64,000 nt of DNA, taken from assembly GCA_030867685.1 (NCBI GenBank), contig JAQOWU010000008.1:186001-250000 (forward strand), written 5' to 3'. Shown piece after piece: positions 1-10,300 of the stretch. The number at the start of each line of letters is the position of its first letter. Position 1 is the stretch's first letter. The notes below the pieces were generated by a model that worked only from the letters and a program-made list of their open reading frames with translations, did no database searches and was not told the DNA's origin. The translations under genes and the position numbers were made by a program. Source of the stretch: Wickerhamiella versatilis. Its lineage: Eukaryota.

Positions 1-207
1 ACACACCGATTGCTATGTGAGCCGATAGCTCGTTCTGAAAACGTTGTCACTAGCTGAAAATATTAGTTTGAAATATTGAGAGACAATCATATCAACAGTT
101 TGACATCTCTACTAGACTGCTGGTGAACGACACATGCAGTTATTCTCACTTATATCATTTGGCTCTATCTTACGGCTAAGTGGAGTGTATATCAAAGGTC
201 TATTTAA

Positions 208-1398
208 TTAAGCAAAAAGCATCATTAAAAACATCAATATGGATGGAAGCTGCGCCGATGACATTGCGGCATTAGCCACAGGTACCCCTTGCGACGACGT
301 TCCTTGGTTTGGTGTACTTGGAATGGGGGTATTTTGCCCACTGATAGTGTTGTTAGTGGAACCATTTACAAATGATTGATTTCCTGTAGTATTAGATGGT
401 GCATCAAGCCATTTTGCCGTGGAACCGTCTACTTTCACTGCCAGGCGGAGAACACGCATAGTCGCCGTAATGTAAACCCATTTTCGCCCTTCACTATCCT
501 TTCCGAATGCCAGATTGGAGGTGGCTGAGGAGCTCTCGATAAGAATTTTCCCCAGCAACTCACCCTTGGGGTTGTAAATGTGAATACCTTCCGCACTGCT
601 ACTCCACAGATTGCCGAATTCATCAACCTTGATGCCATCTGGAATGCCTGGTGTGACAGCCTTAAAAAGTTTTCCATTTTTCAAATTACCGTCGCTGATC
701 TCATACGCATAGATCTGTGGGACATGGCCTCCGTCGGTGTTTTGCGGAGTATCTGTCACGTAGAGTATACTTTCATCTGGGGACAATGCCAGACCATTGG
801 GCTGAAGAATCTCGGGGGTGTTGAGGCGAACAAGTTCTTTTGTAGTGGGATTGAAGCGGAAAAACCACTTTCCTTCGAGTTCTTGCTTGCCTCCATATCC
901 CTGCCTCAGATCAGTTAACCCGAATGCCGAATCCGCAAACCAAATATCGCCATTACTTGACACCACCACATCATCTGGACCATTCAGGCGCTTACCCTCA
1001 AAACTATCAACAAGTGTGACCCATGTGCCATTTAGCTCCCGCCGCAAAATCGACCTTTCTCCCTGTCCAGCTGCTACTAGTCTTCCCTCGCGATCTACAG
1101 AATTTCCATTTTCAAAGTTTGATGGTGACGATATAACATTTATCCCATCTTTCTCGGTCCAATTTACTGCCCGGTTACGCATAACCTCACTGAAGACAAG
1201 TGTACCATCTTTCAGGACTACTGGTCCCTCAGCCCACACAGACTCATTAGCTATGACCTTAGCTGGAATCGAGGTATCGACGAGATCCGAAAATATGCTG
1301 CTGTTTGAGACATACGTTACACCCTCATTTTTCCCGTGAACACAGAAGGCCGAGACTGTAAATAGGTACGAGCAGAAAGCAAGCGGACTTACCCACAT
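208..1398 (-). CDS. SMP-30/gluconolactonase/LRE family protein, bacterial-type core with signal peptide and GPI-like tail
   Basis: 396-aa ORF; WAEGP, NGN..DREGRL, QPNGLALSPD, GIPDGIKVD..GNLW motifs; hydrophobic N-terminus, S/T/N-rich stalk and hydrophobic C-terminus. Confidence 0.85.
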   Translation of the reverse strand: MWVSPLAFCSYLFTVSAFCVHGKNEGVTYVSNSSIFSDLVDTSIPAKVIANESVWAEGPVVLKDGTLVFSEVMRNRAVNWTEKDGINVISSPSNFENGNSVDREGRLVAAGQGERSILRRELNGTWVTLVDSFEGKRLNGPDDVVVSSNGDIWFADSAFGLTDLRQGYGGKQELEGKWFFRFNPTTKELVRLNTPEILQPNGLALSPDESILYVTDTPQNTDGGHVPQIYAYEISDGNLKNGKLFKAVTPGIPDGIKVDEFGNLWSSSAEGIHIYNPKGELLGKILIESSSATSNLAFGKDSEGRKWVYITATMRVLRLAVKVDGSTAKWLDAPSNTTGNQSFVNGSTNNTISGQNTPIPSTPNQGTSSQGVPVANAAMSSAQLPSILMFLMMLFA

Positions 1399-1737
1399 TT
1401 ACCAGTAATATTCAAAACGGCCGAAAATCTTATATTTATATATATTTTTGTATAATACATAACTAACATATTACAAGGTTGCTATGAGAATGAAAGTGGC
1501 TTAGCAAGCGTTAACGTTCTGGGCGTATATGTAATCGGCAATATGCAACGATCTACATTGCTAATTACCATCGGTTTTACCTCGAGTTTTCCCATTTAAT
1601 TTCTCAGAACTATGAGATCGGAGCTATAATGGCATCGAAAAATATTTCTGCAGACATTTTTTTGCTATTATTATTCAGATAATCTTTCACGGGATCTCAT
1701 CATCTCATCATCTCATCATTATTACCGACACTATCCG

Positions 1738-2679
1738 ATGAAGCGCGTGGCCGGCTTACAGTTGGGTACTGAGAATTCAGGTACATTTGCAACTTTAGAT
1801 AAGATATTGAGTTACGAAAATGAGATCGCTTCCGAGAAGCTGGATCTGGTTGTTCTTCCTGAAGCACTACTTGGTGGCTATCCAAAAGGTGAATCCTTTG
1901 GTGCCCGGCTAGGCTATCGTCTGCCAGAGGGACGCGAATCGTTTGCTAACTACTATGCTAATGCTGTATCTGTTCCCGGCCCGGAAATCGAAGCACTATG
2001 TGGAATGTCGACCCGTACGGGGGCTAGCCTCGTGGCAGGTGTGATCGAGCGTGATGGTCATACGCTTTACTGCACTGCAGTAATAATCAACCCTAACGAA
2101 GGCCTAGTGGCAAAGCATCGAAAGCTGCTACCCACAGGGGTCGAAAGGTTAGTATGGGGAAGCGGTGACGGTTCCACCATGCCAGTTGTTGACTCGCAAG
2201 CAGGACGGGTCGGGGCCGTAATATGCTGGGAAAACTACATGCCTCTTCTGCGAACAGCAATGTATTCGCAAGGCATTGAAATTTACTGTGCCCCAACGGT
2301 TGACGACCGGGACGTGTGGCAGTCCAGCATGCAGCACATCGCATACGAAGGCCGGTGTTTCGTTGTCAGCTGCTGCCAGATTTTGAAATCCCCTGCAGAA
2401 CTTGGTATCACTGCGTATGGCAGGGATGATAATGAACGGCTTATTGGTGGAGGCAGTGTCGTGTATGGGCCACTAGGCGAGAGACTCGCAGGACCCCTAC
2501 GGGATGGTGAGGGCCTGGTAATCGCAGATATCGATCTACAAAATATTCCTCGCGCGCGCTATGACCTGGATGTTGTGGGACATTATTCTCGACCCGACAT
2601 CTTCCAGCTCTCGGTGAATACCACGCCAAGAAGTACAACTACATTTCACAACGAACACGATAGTATCCCTAATCACTAG
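1738..2679 (+). CDS. Nitrilase (carbon-nitrogen hydrolase branch 1, Nit1-like)
   Basis: Catalytic triad motifs [27 protein letters not shown]-terminal [12 protein letters not shown]. Confidence 0.92.
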   Translation: MKRVAGLQLGTENSGTFATLDKILSYENEIASEKLDLVVLPEALLGGYPKGESFGARLGYRLPEGRESFANYYANAVSVPGPEIEALCGMSTRTGASLVAGVIERDGHTLYCTAVIINPNEGLVAKHRKLLPTGVERLVWGSGDGSTMPVVDSQAGRVGAVICWENYMPLLRTAMYSQGIEIYCAPTVDDRDVWQSSMQHIAYEGRCFVVSCCQILKSPAELGITAYGRDDNERLIGGGSVVYGPLGERLAGPLRDGEGLVIADIDLQNIPRARYDLDVVGHYSRPDIFQLSVNTTPRSTTTFHNEHDSIPNH

Positions 2680-2788
2680 CCCATATATTTCAGACTAAGT
2701 ATGTATTATTTGACTATGAGCATAATTTTCGACAATATTATACACTTTTTGATCTAATCTCCCCTAAATTACACTGATCTAATCAGGA

Positions 2789-4063
2789 TCACTCAGAGGA
2801 ATCAAATCTTAGATCCCAATTGATCTGGGGTCCAAGCACGGGTAACAGCTCTGCCACATGCTCAACGTCTTTATCGCCACGTCCACTAAGATTTATTATG
2901 ACGTCTGAATCTTTCGGAAGATCAGCCGCCCGCTCTGCACCTTTAATTATAGCATGAGAGCTCTCGATTGCAGGAATTATGCCTTCAGTTTCGCTTAGCA
3001 GCCGAAACCCGCGAAGAGCATCAGCATCCGTGCAGGGAACGAAATCCACTCTCCCACTATCTTTCCAGGACGCAAGCTCGGGTCCGATTCCAGGGTAGTT
3101 CAGGCCTGAGGATATGGAACGGGTCGCTTGGATCGACCCATCTGGGGACTTTAGCACGTACGTTTGCATACCGTGCATAACACCCACTTTGCCTACGGAT
3201 AATGTTGCTGCATGGTGTGTACCGTCGAGGCCCTCGCCACCGGCCTCGACACCCAAAAGCTTGACGGAAGGATGAGGAATGAACTCGCTCGCGATCCCAC
3301 TAAAGTTCGAGCCACCACCAACACAGGCAACTACCAGATCAGGCAGGGCCTTACCAGTGAGCTCGCTGAACTGCTGTCGAGCTTCCTGGCCAACTATGGA
3401 CTGGAAGGTCCGTACCATAAGTGGATACGGATGGGGTCCAGCTGCACTGCCCAGGACGTAGAACGTATCTTTTAGATTCACCATCCAGTCTTCAAGAGCA
3501 ACGTCGATCGCATCTGATAACGATTTATTGCCCCTCTCCACCGGTACGACTTCAGTGCCCAATAAACGCATTCGAAACACATTTAATGCCTGTTTTCGGC
3601 AATCATCAGCACCCATATATACTACACACGATAACCCGAACTTGGCACATGCTGTTGCGGTAGCCACACCATGTTGGCCTGCTCCGGTCTCGGCAATAAC
3701 CCGCTTCTTACCCATCCTCTTGGCAAGTAATGCTTGGGCCAGTGCGTTGTTGATTTTATGAGACCCCATATGGTTCAAATCTTCACGCTTTAGCCAAATA
3801 CGGGCACCACCCATTTTCTCGGTCAATCTATCCGCCACATGCAGAGACGAAGGTCGTCCCATGTAAGGGTAATAAGAACGGTACTCTTCGTGGAAACTTG
3901 GGTCGTTCATCGCATCATAGAAGGCATTTTCCAGCTCCTCAAGACAAGGCACTAGGGGCTCCGGGACATGACGGCCTCCGTACACGCCAAAAAGACCAGA
4001 GTGTCTGGGGAACTCAGTCATTATCTCCATTTTTGTATTAATAATATTGCAATCTTCCTGCAT
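2789..4063 (-). CDS. Stand-alone tryptophan synthase beta-chain-like PLP enzyme (fungal Trp5 beta-domain type, no alpha domain)
   Basis: LKREDLNHMGSHKINN (PLP Lys), AETGAGQHG, CVGGGSN, NLSGRGDKD; Trp5-like C-terminus LPVLGPQINWDLRF; in-frame stop upstream and only about 470 bp to the next gene. Confidence 0.9.
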   Translation of the reverse strand: MQEDCNIINTKMEIMTEFPRHSGLFGVYGGRHVPEPLVPCLEELENAFYDAMNDPSFHEEYRSYYPYMGRPSSLHVADRLTEKMGGARIWLKREDLNHMGSHKINNALAQALLAKRMGKKRVIAETGAGQHGVATATACAKFGLSCVVYMGADDCRKQALNVFRMRLLGTEVVPVERGNKSLSDAIDVALEDWMVNLKDTFYVLGSAAGPHPYPLMVRTFQSIVGQEARQQFSELTGKALPDLVVACVGGGSNFSGIASEFIPHPSVKLLGVEAGGEGLDGTHHAATLSVGKVGVMHGMQTYVLKSPDGSIQATRSISSGLNYPGIGPELASWKDSGRVDFVPCTDADALRGFRLLSETEGIIPAIESSHAIIKGAERAADLPKDSDVIINLSGRGDKDVEHVAELLPVLGPQINWDLRFDSSE

Positions 4064-4533
4064 ATTAGCTAGATATCATAGACTTCGCCTGTTAAGAATG
4101 CGTCCAGCAAATCTAGCGAACCTCCGACGAAACAGGAGACCCATGCAACAGCCGCTATCAAAGCATTGTTAGCTTTTACTACCAAATGACCTGTGCTGAA
4201 CTTCACCCCTGATTCTGCACTTTCTATACTCGTTACAATTTGTACTGGTAGTACTCTCGCCCCGTCTTAGCTATCACGCTTTATCTGGGTGTCAATATCC
4301 TTCTCTGGGTAGGCATATGCTACTCCAGGCTCATAATGGGCCGTAGCAGCTAATAATTACACATCAATAATGATGTGATATCCTGCTCTGTAGCGTCAAT
4401 AGCACCACGCAGATCATAAATCCCTAAACAGGTAACTGTTTCATCACCTCATATGCACCATGGTGACATTGACACGTGACACACCATTTAAGGTATATTA
4501 ATAATAATAGGCCATCTGTGCAGTGTGATTGCT

Positions 4534-5388
4534 ATGGCTGTCGAGAACATACCGACTTACTCGCTCGTCGACGGTAATAAGTTGCCGGTAGTGGGATTTG
4601 GAACTTATAGCCTCTATGGAGATTCTGCCGTGGAAGGCATTCTAAGTGCAATCAAGAATGGCTACCGACTTCTCGACTCAGCATTCAACTATGACAACGA
4701 GGGTGCAGTGGGTGCTGCGATTCGAAAAAGTGGTGTGCCCCGTGATAAGATACAGATAACCTCAAAGTTACCTGGTCGCTACCACAAGTACGAGCTGGCT
4801 ATTCATGCGATTGAGGAGTCGGTCTATAGAACGGGACTCGACTATATCGACCTCTACATCATTCACTGGCCCAATCCGAAAGAGGATCTTTACGTAGAGG
4901 CCTGGAAGGCCCTAATTGAGGCTAAGCGTAGAGGTCTTGTTCGTTCCATCGGAGTCAGTAACTTTCTTCCCGAGCACATTGACCGACTGGTGAAGGAAAC
5001 CGGGGTAACTCCAGCTGTGAACCAAATCGAGATATCACCCTACTTCCCCCAGAAAGAACAGCGTGAGTTTGATGCGAAGCATGGAATTGTGACTGAATCT
5101 TGGAGCCCGCTTGGGCCATCGGGTCGTCAAGCCGAGCTAAGACAGGAGAAGAAAATTGTCGACATTGCTAAGGCAAAGGGCAAGAGTCCAGTGCAGGTTA
5201 TCCTGCGCTGGCACTATCAAATAGGTGCGCTTGCTATTCCCAAGTCTGCCGACCCAACTCGGCAGAAGGATAACATCGATATTTTCGACTTCAGCCTGAC
5301 CAACGAAGAGGTGGCAGCCATCGATTCGTTGGCTCGCCCTGATGGTAGGTCTAATGGATTGGATCCTCATGAACACCAGGAGTTTTAG
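4534..5388 (+). CDS. Aldo-keto reductase, 2,5-diketo-gluconate reductase-like, bacterial-type
   Basis: GFGTY, GYRLLDSAFNYDNE, SKLPGRYH, DLYIIHWP, IGVSNF, IPKS motifs; DPxxxxEF C-terminus typical of bacterial members; first ATG at 4534 (the track starts at GTG 4525). Confidence 0.9.
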   Translation: MAVENIPTYSLVDGNKLPVVGFGTYSLYGDSAVEGILSAIKNGYRLLDSAFNYDNEGAVGAAIRKSGVPRDKIQITSKLPGRYHKYELAIHAIEESVYRTGLDYIDLYIIHWPNPKEDLYVEAWKALIEAKRRGLVRSIGVSNFLPEHIDRLVKETGVTPAVNQIEISPYFPQKEQREFDAKHGIVTESWSPLGPSGRQAELRQEKKIVDIAKAKGKSPVQVILRWHYQIGALAIPKSADPTRQKDNIDIFDFSLTNEEVAAIDSLARPDGRSNGLDPHEHQEF

Positions 5389-5500
5389 ATGAAATTAAAT
5401 AGAAATAGCTAGTTCTAGTAAAAAAGGCTATCAATACCAGCATATCTCGAACCCAGCCTCGGCCAGTGATCATCAGTCGGTCACCTCGACCACCAGAGGA

Positions 5501-7177
5501 TTATAGTGCGGCAAACATCATTGAAGATATTATCCAGAAACTCCCAATGGAAACTGCCGGTGCTTTATTTGAGGAGGACCCTGACGATGACAAGGATGTT
5601 TGCTGACCAGACGCGGTAGATGACGATACTCTTTTGTCGGAAAGGGAATGCTGGCTAGCTTTTATGGTATTATTTCCCAAAGTGGACCCGTTAATTGCCA
5701 GCGCCTCAATTTTGAAGTATTGATAAGGTGTCTCCGCCATATACGTATCCTCGAACCCGGTTTTGTTAATATTATCGAGTTTTATTAGTGATTCTGAAGC
5801 ATTACCACCATAAATGCTGTAGGAACAAACCTCAGTAGCTCCATTCCATGAGAAAGCCATAACAGTCGAGCCGTTTGTCCTGTAACCCTTCGAAACTAGG
5901 GCAGGAAGCTCCACGGGCGAACCAGCCCACTTACTCTTAAATGCCCGGTACGAGTTGTCAGAGAAAAATGCTTCGAATACCATAGTACCATTTCTGTGGT
6001 ATTCAGTAATGGCAGGAACCGAGCCCCATCCCACAAAGTAGTTACCATTCGGCAATATTTGCACCGAACCCTGTGAGCCTGAAGGATCATAATCATCAGG
6101 AGGAAGCAGTTCCTGAACGAGGGAAACACGTCCAATCGAAGAATTAGGTGATGCATGATAGTGTTCAAGTTTTAATAGCATTCCCCGCGATGTGTCCTGA
6201 AATGTTTGAATAGATGAAAACTCACTAGCCTCATTATCAAACACCGTGATGTATCTGGTATTATTTTGGGACGACATTCCCACAGATTCAGCAGAAACGA
6301 ACCTCGCGTGATGCTGGAACGCGAACTTCGCATCTTCATCAATATCCCAGTGGCTTGCCGCGACACCACTTGAGATTGTCCAAATAACACTCCCATCTGT
6401 TCCGTTGATGTAAAATATTGACCACAGATGCCTTGAGGATACCAGAAAATTTCCCTGGTCGTCTTTCTGAATAGAGTTCATATGCATATAGTCGAAGGGG
6501 GCATTGTCGAAGAAGCCTTCGCTATCTATTTCAGTCAACACCATGGAATCAGATAGAGGAAAATGGTCAAGGGAATTCCATTGGAAAAGGATCTCATCGC
6601 TAGTCATGTCGATCTCGATAATGACGTTCTGGTAGACCCAGCCCTCGCCCGTAACCTCTGTGACATTGCTAGAAAAGTCATAGGGTACAGGCTGATAAGT
6701 TGTAAATACAGCAGTACTGTTCCCGGTCATTTGAAATTCGTGAAAGTCATGAAGATAAGGCGATGTGAATCCCAACGTCTTCTCAACCTGATAATTATCG
6801 TCCATGATGGCATATCGTCCCATGCCAATGCCACTATTGATAGCATTTCCCATAAAAAACGACACCTTTGAGTCATTTGAATAATCGAATGGCTTGAAAT
6901 TCATGACCATGCTTGCGACATTCCCATAGCCGCTCCACACCAGAGTTCCATCTGGTTCAAATATATGTGGTCCTAGAGAGGGACCTATGGTATTAGTACC
7001 CCAAGGTGAAATAAATATATTGCCATCCCAAGTGTTCTGTTTCTCGTACTTTGTCACATTCATAACTGTTGGATTTAGGTCCGGACGGGAAAGATAAGGC
7101 GCTGACTTAGGCGCATCAGCGAAACAGCTATTGACCAAAAAAACTATGGTCAATCGCAGAATTTCGTGAAAATGCAT
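5501..7177 (-). CDS. Arylsulfotransferase (ASST) family protein, secreted, with GPI-like tail
   Basis: SRPDL, DFHEF, DYMHMNSI, FAFQHHAR, SQGSVQILPNGN, SYRAFK motifs; signal peptide from ATG 7177; Ser-rich stalk and hydrophobic tail. Confidence 0.85.
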   Translation of the reverse strand: MHFHEILRLTIVFLVNSCFADAPKSAPYLSRPDLNPTVMNVTKYEKQNTWDGNIFISPWGTNTIGPSLGPHIFEPDGTLVWSGYGNVASMVMNFKPFDYSNDSKVSFFMGNAINSGIGMGRYAIMDDNYQVEKTLGFTSPYLHDFHEFQMTGNSTAVFTTYQPVPYDFSSNVTEVTGEGWVYQNVIIEIDMTSDEILFQWNSLDHFPLSDSMVLTEIDSEGFFDNAPFDYMHMNSIQKDDQGNFLVSSRHLWSIFYINGTDGSVIWTISSGVAASHWDIDEDAKFAFQHHARFVSAESVGMSSQNNTRYITVFDNEASEFSSIQTFQDTSRGMLLKLEHYHASPNSSIGRVSLVQELLPPDDYDPSGSQGSVQILPNGNYFVGWGSVPAITEYHRNGTMVFEAFFSDNSYRAFKSKWAGSPVELPALVSKGYRTNGSTVMAFSWNGATEVCSYSIYGGNASESLIKLDNINKTGFEDTYMAETPYQYFKIEALAINGSTLGNNTIKASQHSLSDKRVSSSTASGQQTSLSSSGSSSNKAPAVSIGSFWIISSMMFAAL

Positions 7178-8378
7178 GTTTGAAAGAAAAGCAATCGGTT
7201 GCAAAAATTAATGCAATTTTTTTGTTATCTGAAACAACGCTAAAATATTACTACCCAAGTGCCCATCCGAGTTAGCTATGAGACATCAAAAACCAGCAGC
7301 AACTCAGATCATGCTAAAAATTCCTGTAACCGATCTATCTTACATAGTTTCACATGTATTCCATATATTTGAGCCCTATCTTACTTGTAGGTATTAAGTA
7401 GATCAGGTGATTTTCGAAGCTAGCTATCTGGTCGTTAGTGGTTATATCGCTCAAATTAATTCAAACTATCTATAGATTTAAAAATGGTAATGGCTAGACA
7501 TATGAAAGTTTGTTTTTATCCGGGTAAGTTCATATAGAACTTACGAGCAATAATTTAGGATCATAAACTTACCATCACAATAAGTTTCGTTGTATTGGAA
7601 GGCTTCAATTAGGTACTGTTATAAAGGGCACTTTGCTATAAATTACGACCTTGTTCAACTTTTGCCGGCTGCAAAATTCACGATTGATGATCAACTCACA
7701 TTGGCAACCCGAGATCGGTATCGAGAGTGTGGAATCTGTCGTTCTTTCGAAAAAAAATAAATTTATTGATAATGATAAACCCTATATGAGCTGCTCACCA
7801 ATAGATTTAAGGTGGAGGATCCCTCCAGCACGAGCACCTCCCCCCAAACACATAAATCTGTCGCTTCTATTCGCGACGAATCAATCAGTGATGGGTTGTA
7901 TATTTCACGTGCCAAGTAACACCTGAGTGCATTGAGCTTCACCACGCTCCATCCGGAATAAATTCTCCGGAAACCAAAGTTTCAGGGAAAGGGTTCTGCG
8001 AGCTCTTCGCTTTCTAGTTTTATCAATATAAGCTATCATGCAGTTAGTAGTAATGCTGGTCCCAAGGCCTGTCACACAGGCAAGTCGATATAGGTCAGAT
8101 CGACTTTTGGTGAATAGCTCTATTGAGGAAAAAGGGTAGATTGGTGGCTATTAAGCTTTATCTGTGGACTGGAGTCTAGTGTCAGCGGCTCTGTTGATAA
8201 GGAGGTGATAAAATCATGGAATGAGTCCCTTGATTTAAAATTCGCCCATATCAGGTGAAAATAGGTAAGTTGGACTGCAGGGTTAGTCGAAGTTGTGCTG
8301 CGCAAATAGGAACATGGTCAGTTCGCAACTATGTATGCTGTTTACAGAACCAAGTACATTGCATATGATATGCTGCAT

Positions 8379-9257
8379 TCAACTAATTGATTTCTCAAAG
8401 AATAGGTCGGGATACGGGTCCTCGTTGAACCGGTCGATTTGCTGCCAGCCAGCCTTACGGTACGCAGCGACAGCCTCGGGTAAAGCACTATTTGTATCAA
8501 GCCTAAGCAACGTGATACCCAACGTAACAGCAATCTCCTCCACTCGCTGCATCAGCATCCGGAAGATCCCGAGTCCCCGGGCTTCGGGCGCAACCCAAAC
8601 TCGTTTAACCTCTGCATATCCCTTGTCAGTCCCTTTAAGGCCCGCGCAGCCCACAGGCAAGCCATCGGAGATTGCCAAAAGGAAGGTACCACGCGGTGCT
8701 CTCATATCGTCCTTATCGGGATCACACGATAAGTTGACATCGAACCCACCCTGAAATCTCCGTGATAACTCGTGATAATAGGCTTCCATGCATTCCTGGG
8801 CGGCCACGCTCGTGGGATCCACTTCCTTGATGATAACCCGCTCACGACCGAATGCAGCAGCAATTATATCCATTGCAGCCAGCAACTTTTCAGGATTTGA
8901 ATGGCGCTCAATTATCTGCCTGGCACGGTCATCTGAGAGCTCCTCATAGGCTGCATATTCCTGCTGTCCCAGCTCAGTAAGACTAACGAGGCGACGCCGA
9001 CTATCCTCTTTAGAGGGCTCAATCACTATCAAGCCATCTTTTTCCAACCCTCTGAGTAGCCTGCTCATCAGCCCAGAGTCAAGCTTGAGGTATACACGAA
9101 TGTCGCTTACTTCAGTGATTCCTCTGCCAACGGCGTTGAGTACCCGGGCAGGGCCCAGCGGGCGACCTCTTCCGAGGAAAGAGGCATCCAATACACCTAC
9201 CTCTGAAGTGAAGGCTCGCTGAAAGCGGCGGATGCGGTCAATGGCGTTCACAGACAT
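8379..9257 (-). CDS. Bifunctional MarR-type winged-helix regulator / GNAT N-acetyltransferase (bacterial-type)
   Basis: N-terminal MarR wHTH (LKLDSGLMSRLLRGLEKDGLI, DSRRRLVSLTELG); C-terminal GNAT (EVKRVWVAPEARGLG, LRLDTN, YRKAGW, FFEK). Confidence 0.92.
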   Translation of the reverse strand: MSVNAIDRIRRFQRAFTSEVGVLDASFLGRGRPLGPARVLNAVGRGITEVSDIRVYLKLDSGLMSRLLRGLEKDGLIVIEPSKEDSRRRLVSLTELGQQEYAAYEELSDDRARQIIERHSNPEKLLAAMDIIAAAFGRERVIIKEVDPTSVAAQECMEAYYHELSRRFQGGFDVNLSCDPDKDDMRAPRGTFLLAISDGLPVGCAGLKGTDKGYAEVKRVWVAPEARGLGIFRMLMQRVEEIAVTLGITLLRLDTNSALPEAVAAYRKAGWQQIDRFNEDPYPDLFFEKSIS

Positions 9258-9273
9258 TTTTTTTCTGCTTGGG

Positions 9274-9301
9274 AATTTACTTGACTAATGTCAGGTAAAT
9301 T
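9274..9301. promoter_or_regulatory. Operator-like inverted repeat upstream of the MarR-GNAT gene
   Basis: AATTTACTTGAC-taat-GTCAGGTAAATT; 12-bp arms with 11/12 complementary, 17-44 bp upstream of the ATG at 9257. Confidence 0.6.
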
Positions 9302-10300
9302 GGCAAACTACCTTAAAGTTTCGTTCTAAACCGAAAAAAAAACAAAATCAAGATAAATAAGATACATTCAAGGTAGCAAAATATTAAAGTATAATAGAAA
9401 GGGAATGAGGTACTCTTTGCGTGTACAATTGTTCTCAGCCACCTAAGAAAGATTCGGCGGCTTTCTGATAATGAGGTTCGTGATGTCACGTGCCATTGGG
9501 CAAGACACAGTATTTAGCATAGGCTCTGCCGCTTTCTAGCCTCAACGTCGAGAGTGGCACCAATATCCACACAGGCTGAAGCTATCCCAACCGAAGTAGC
9601 AGCGTATATACCCATCTAAGGCTTTACGCCCATAGTTCATGCGCAGGTAGTACTCATATATGTTTATTCTATAATTGATAACCTCTTGTCAATTATGAAA
9701 GAAAGCAACATTGGTACTGTAGTGTATTGGTCCAGAACCTCTGCGCGGTTTACAATGAGAAATTAGTTTGCAATAAATCACATAGTCTCTAGTGCCAATT
9801 CTTCCTAGATTAGAACTCAATGCTCACGTTGGTAAATAGATATTTTGATGGTACTAGGGATAGATAGTGGCTTCAAAGATATGAGCTGCACACACGGTAT
9901 TTAGTCAATCGCTCATAACTAGAACAACTCACCGTATGTAACTCTATATAGACTTTGTGAAAATCCAGCATATTCGTGATGGTTACACGGTTGGTTGCTA
10001 AGTAATGAGCAGGCATTAGATACTTTAAAGGTAAATGGGACCAGGTCATAGATAGCAACGGAGAATACTTTCAACCTTGGTCCGCAAGATTATCAGTTGT
10101 GATATAACATATGGTCCCTCAGATATAGTCCCTTAGGTAGTCCATTGACTACAAGCCGTATAAACTAATCCAGATTTACGATTGCCGGTGTTAATATCTA
10201 CGGAAATTTGTTCCTGACAGGGTAATATCTTTACGTTATCAACCCGACCCCCGGTCGAATATGAAAATAAGCCCGGGCTAAGGTTTAGTAAATCGATAAT

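Noticed and set aside
1695-1718. TCTCATCA x3 tandem repeat upstream of the nitrilase
   Set aside because: Short simple repeat without spacers; not CRISPR-like and no evidence of function
4064-4524. Possible remnant of a Trp synthase alpha domain upstream of the beta ORF
   Set aside because: The minus-strand translation I examined shows no TrpA motifs, and the space is too short for an alpha domain
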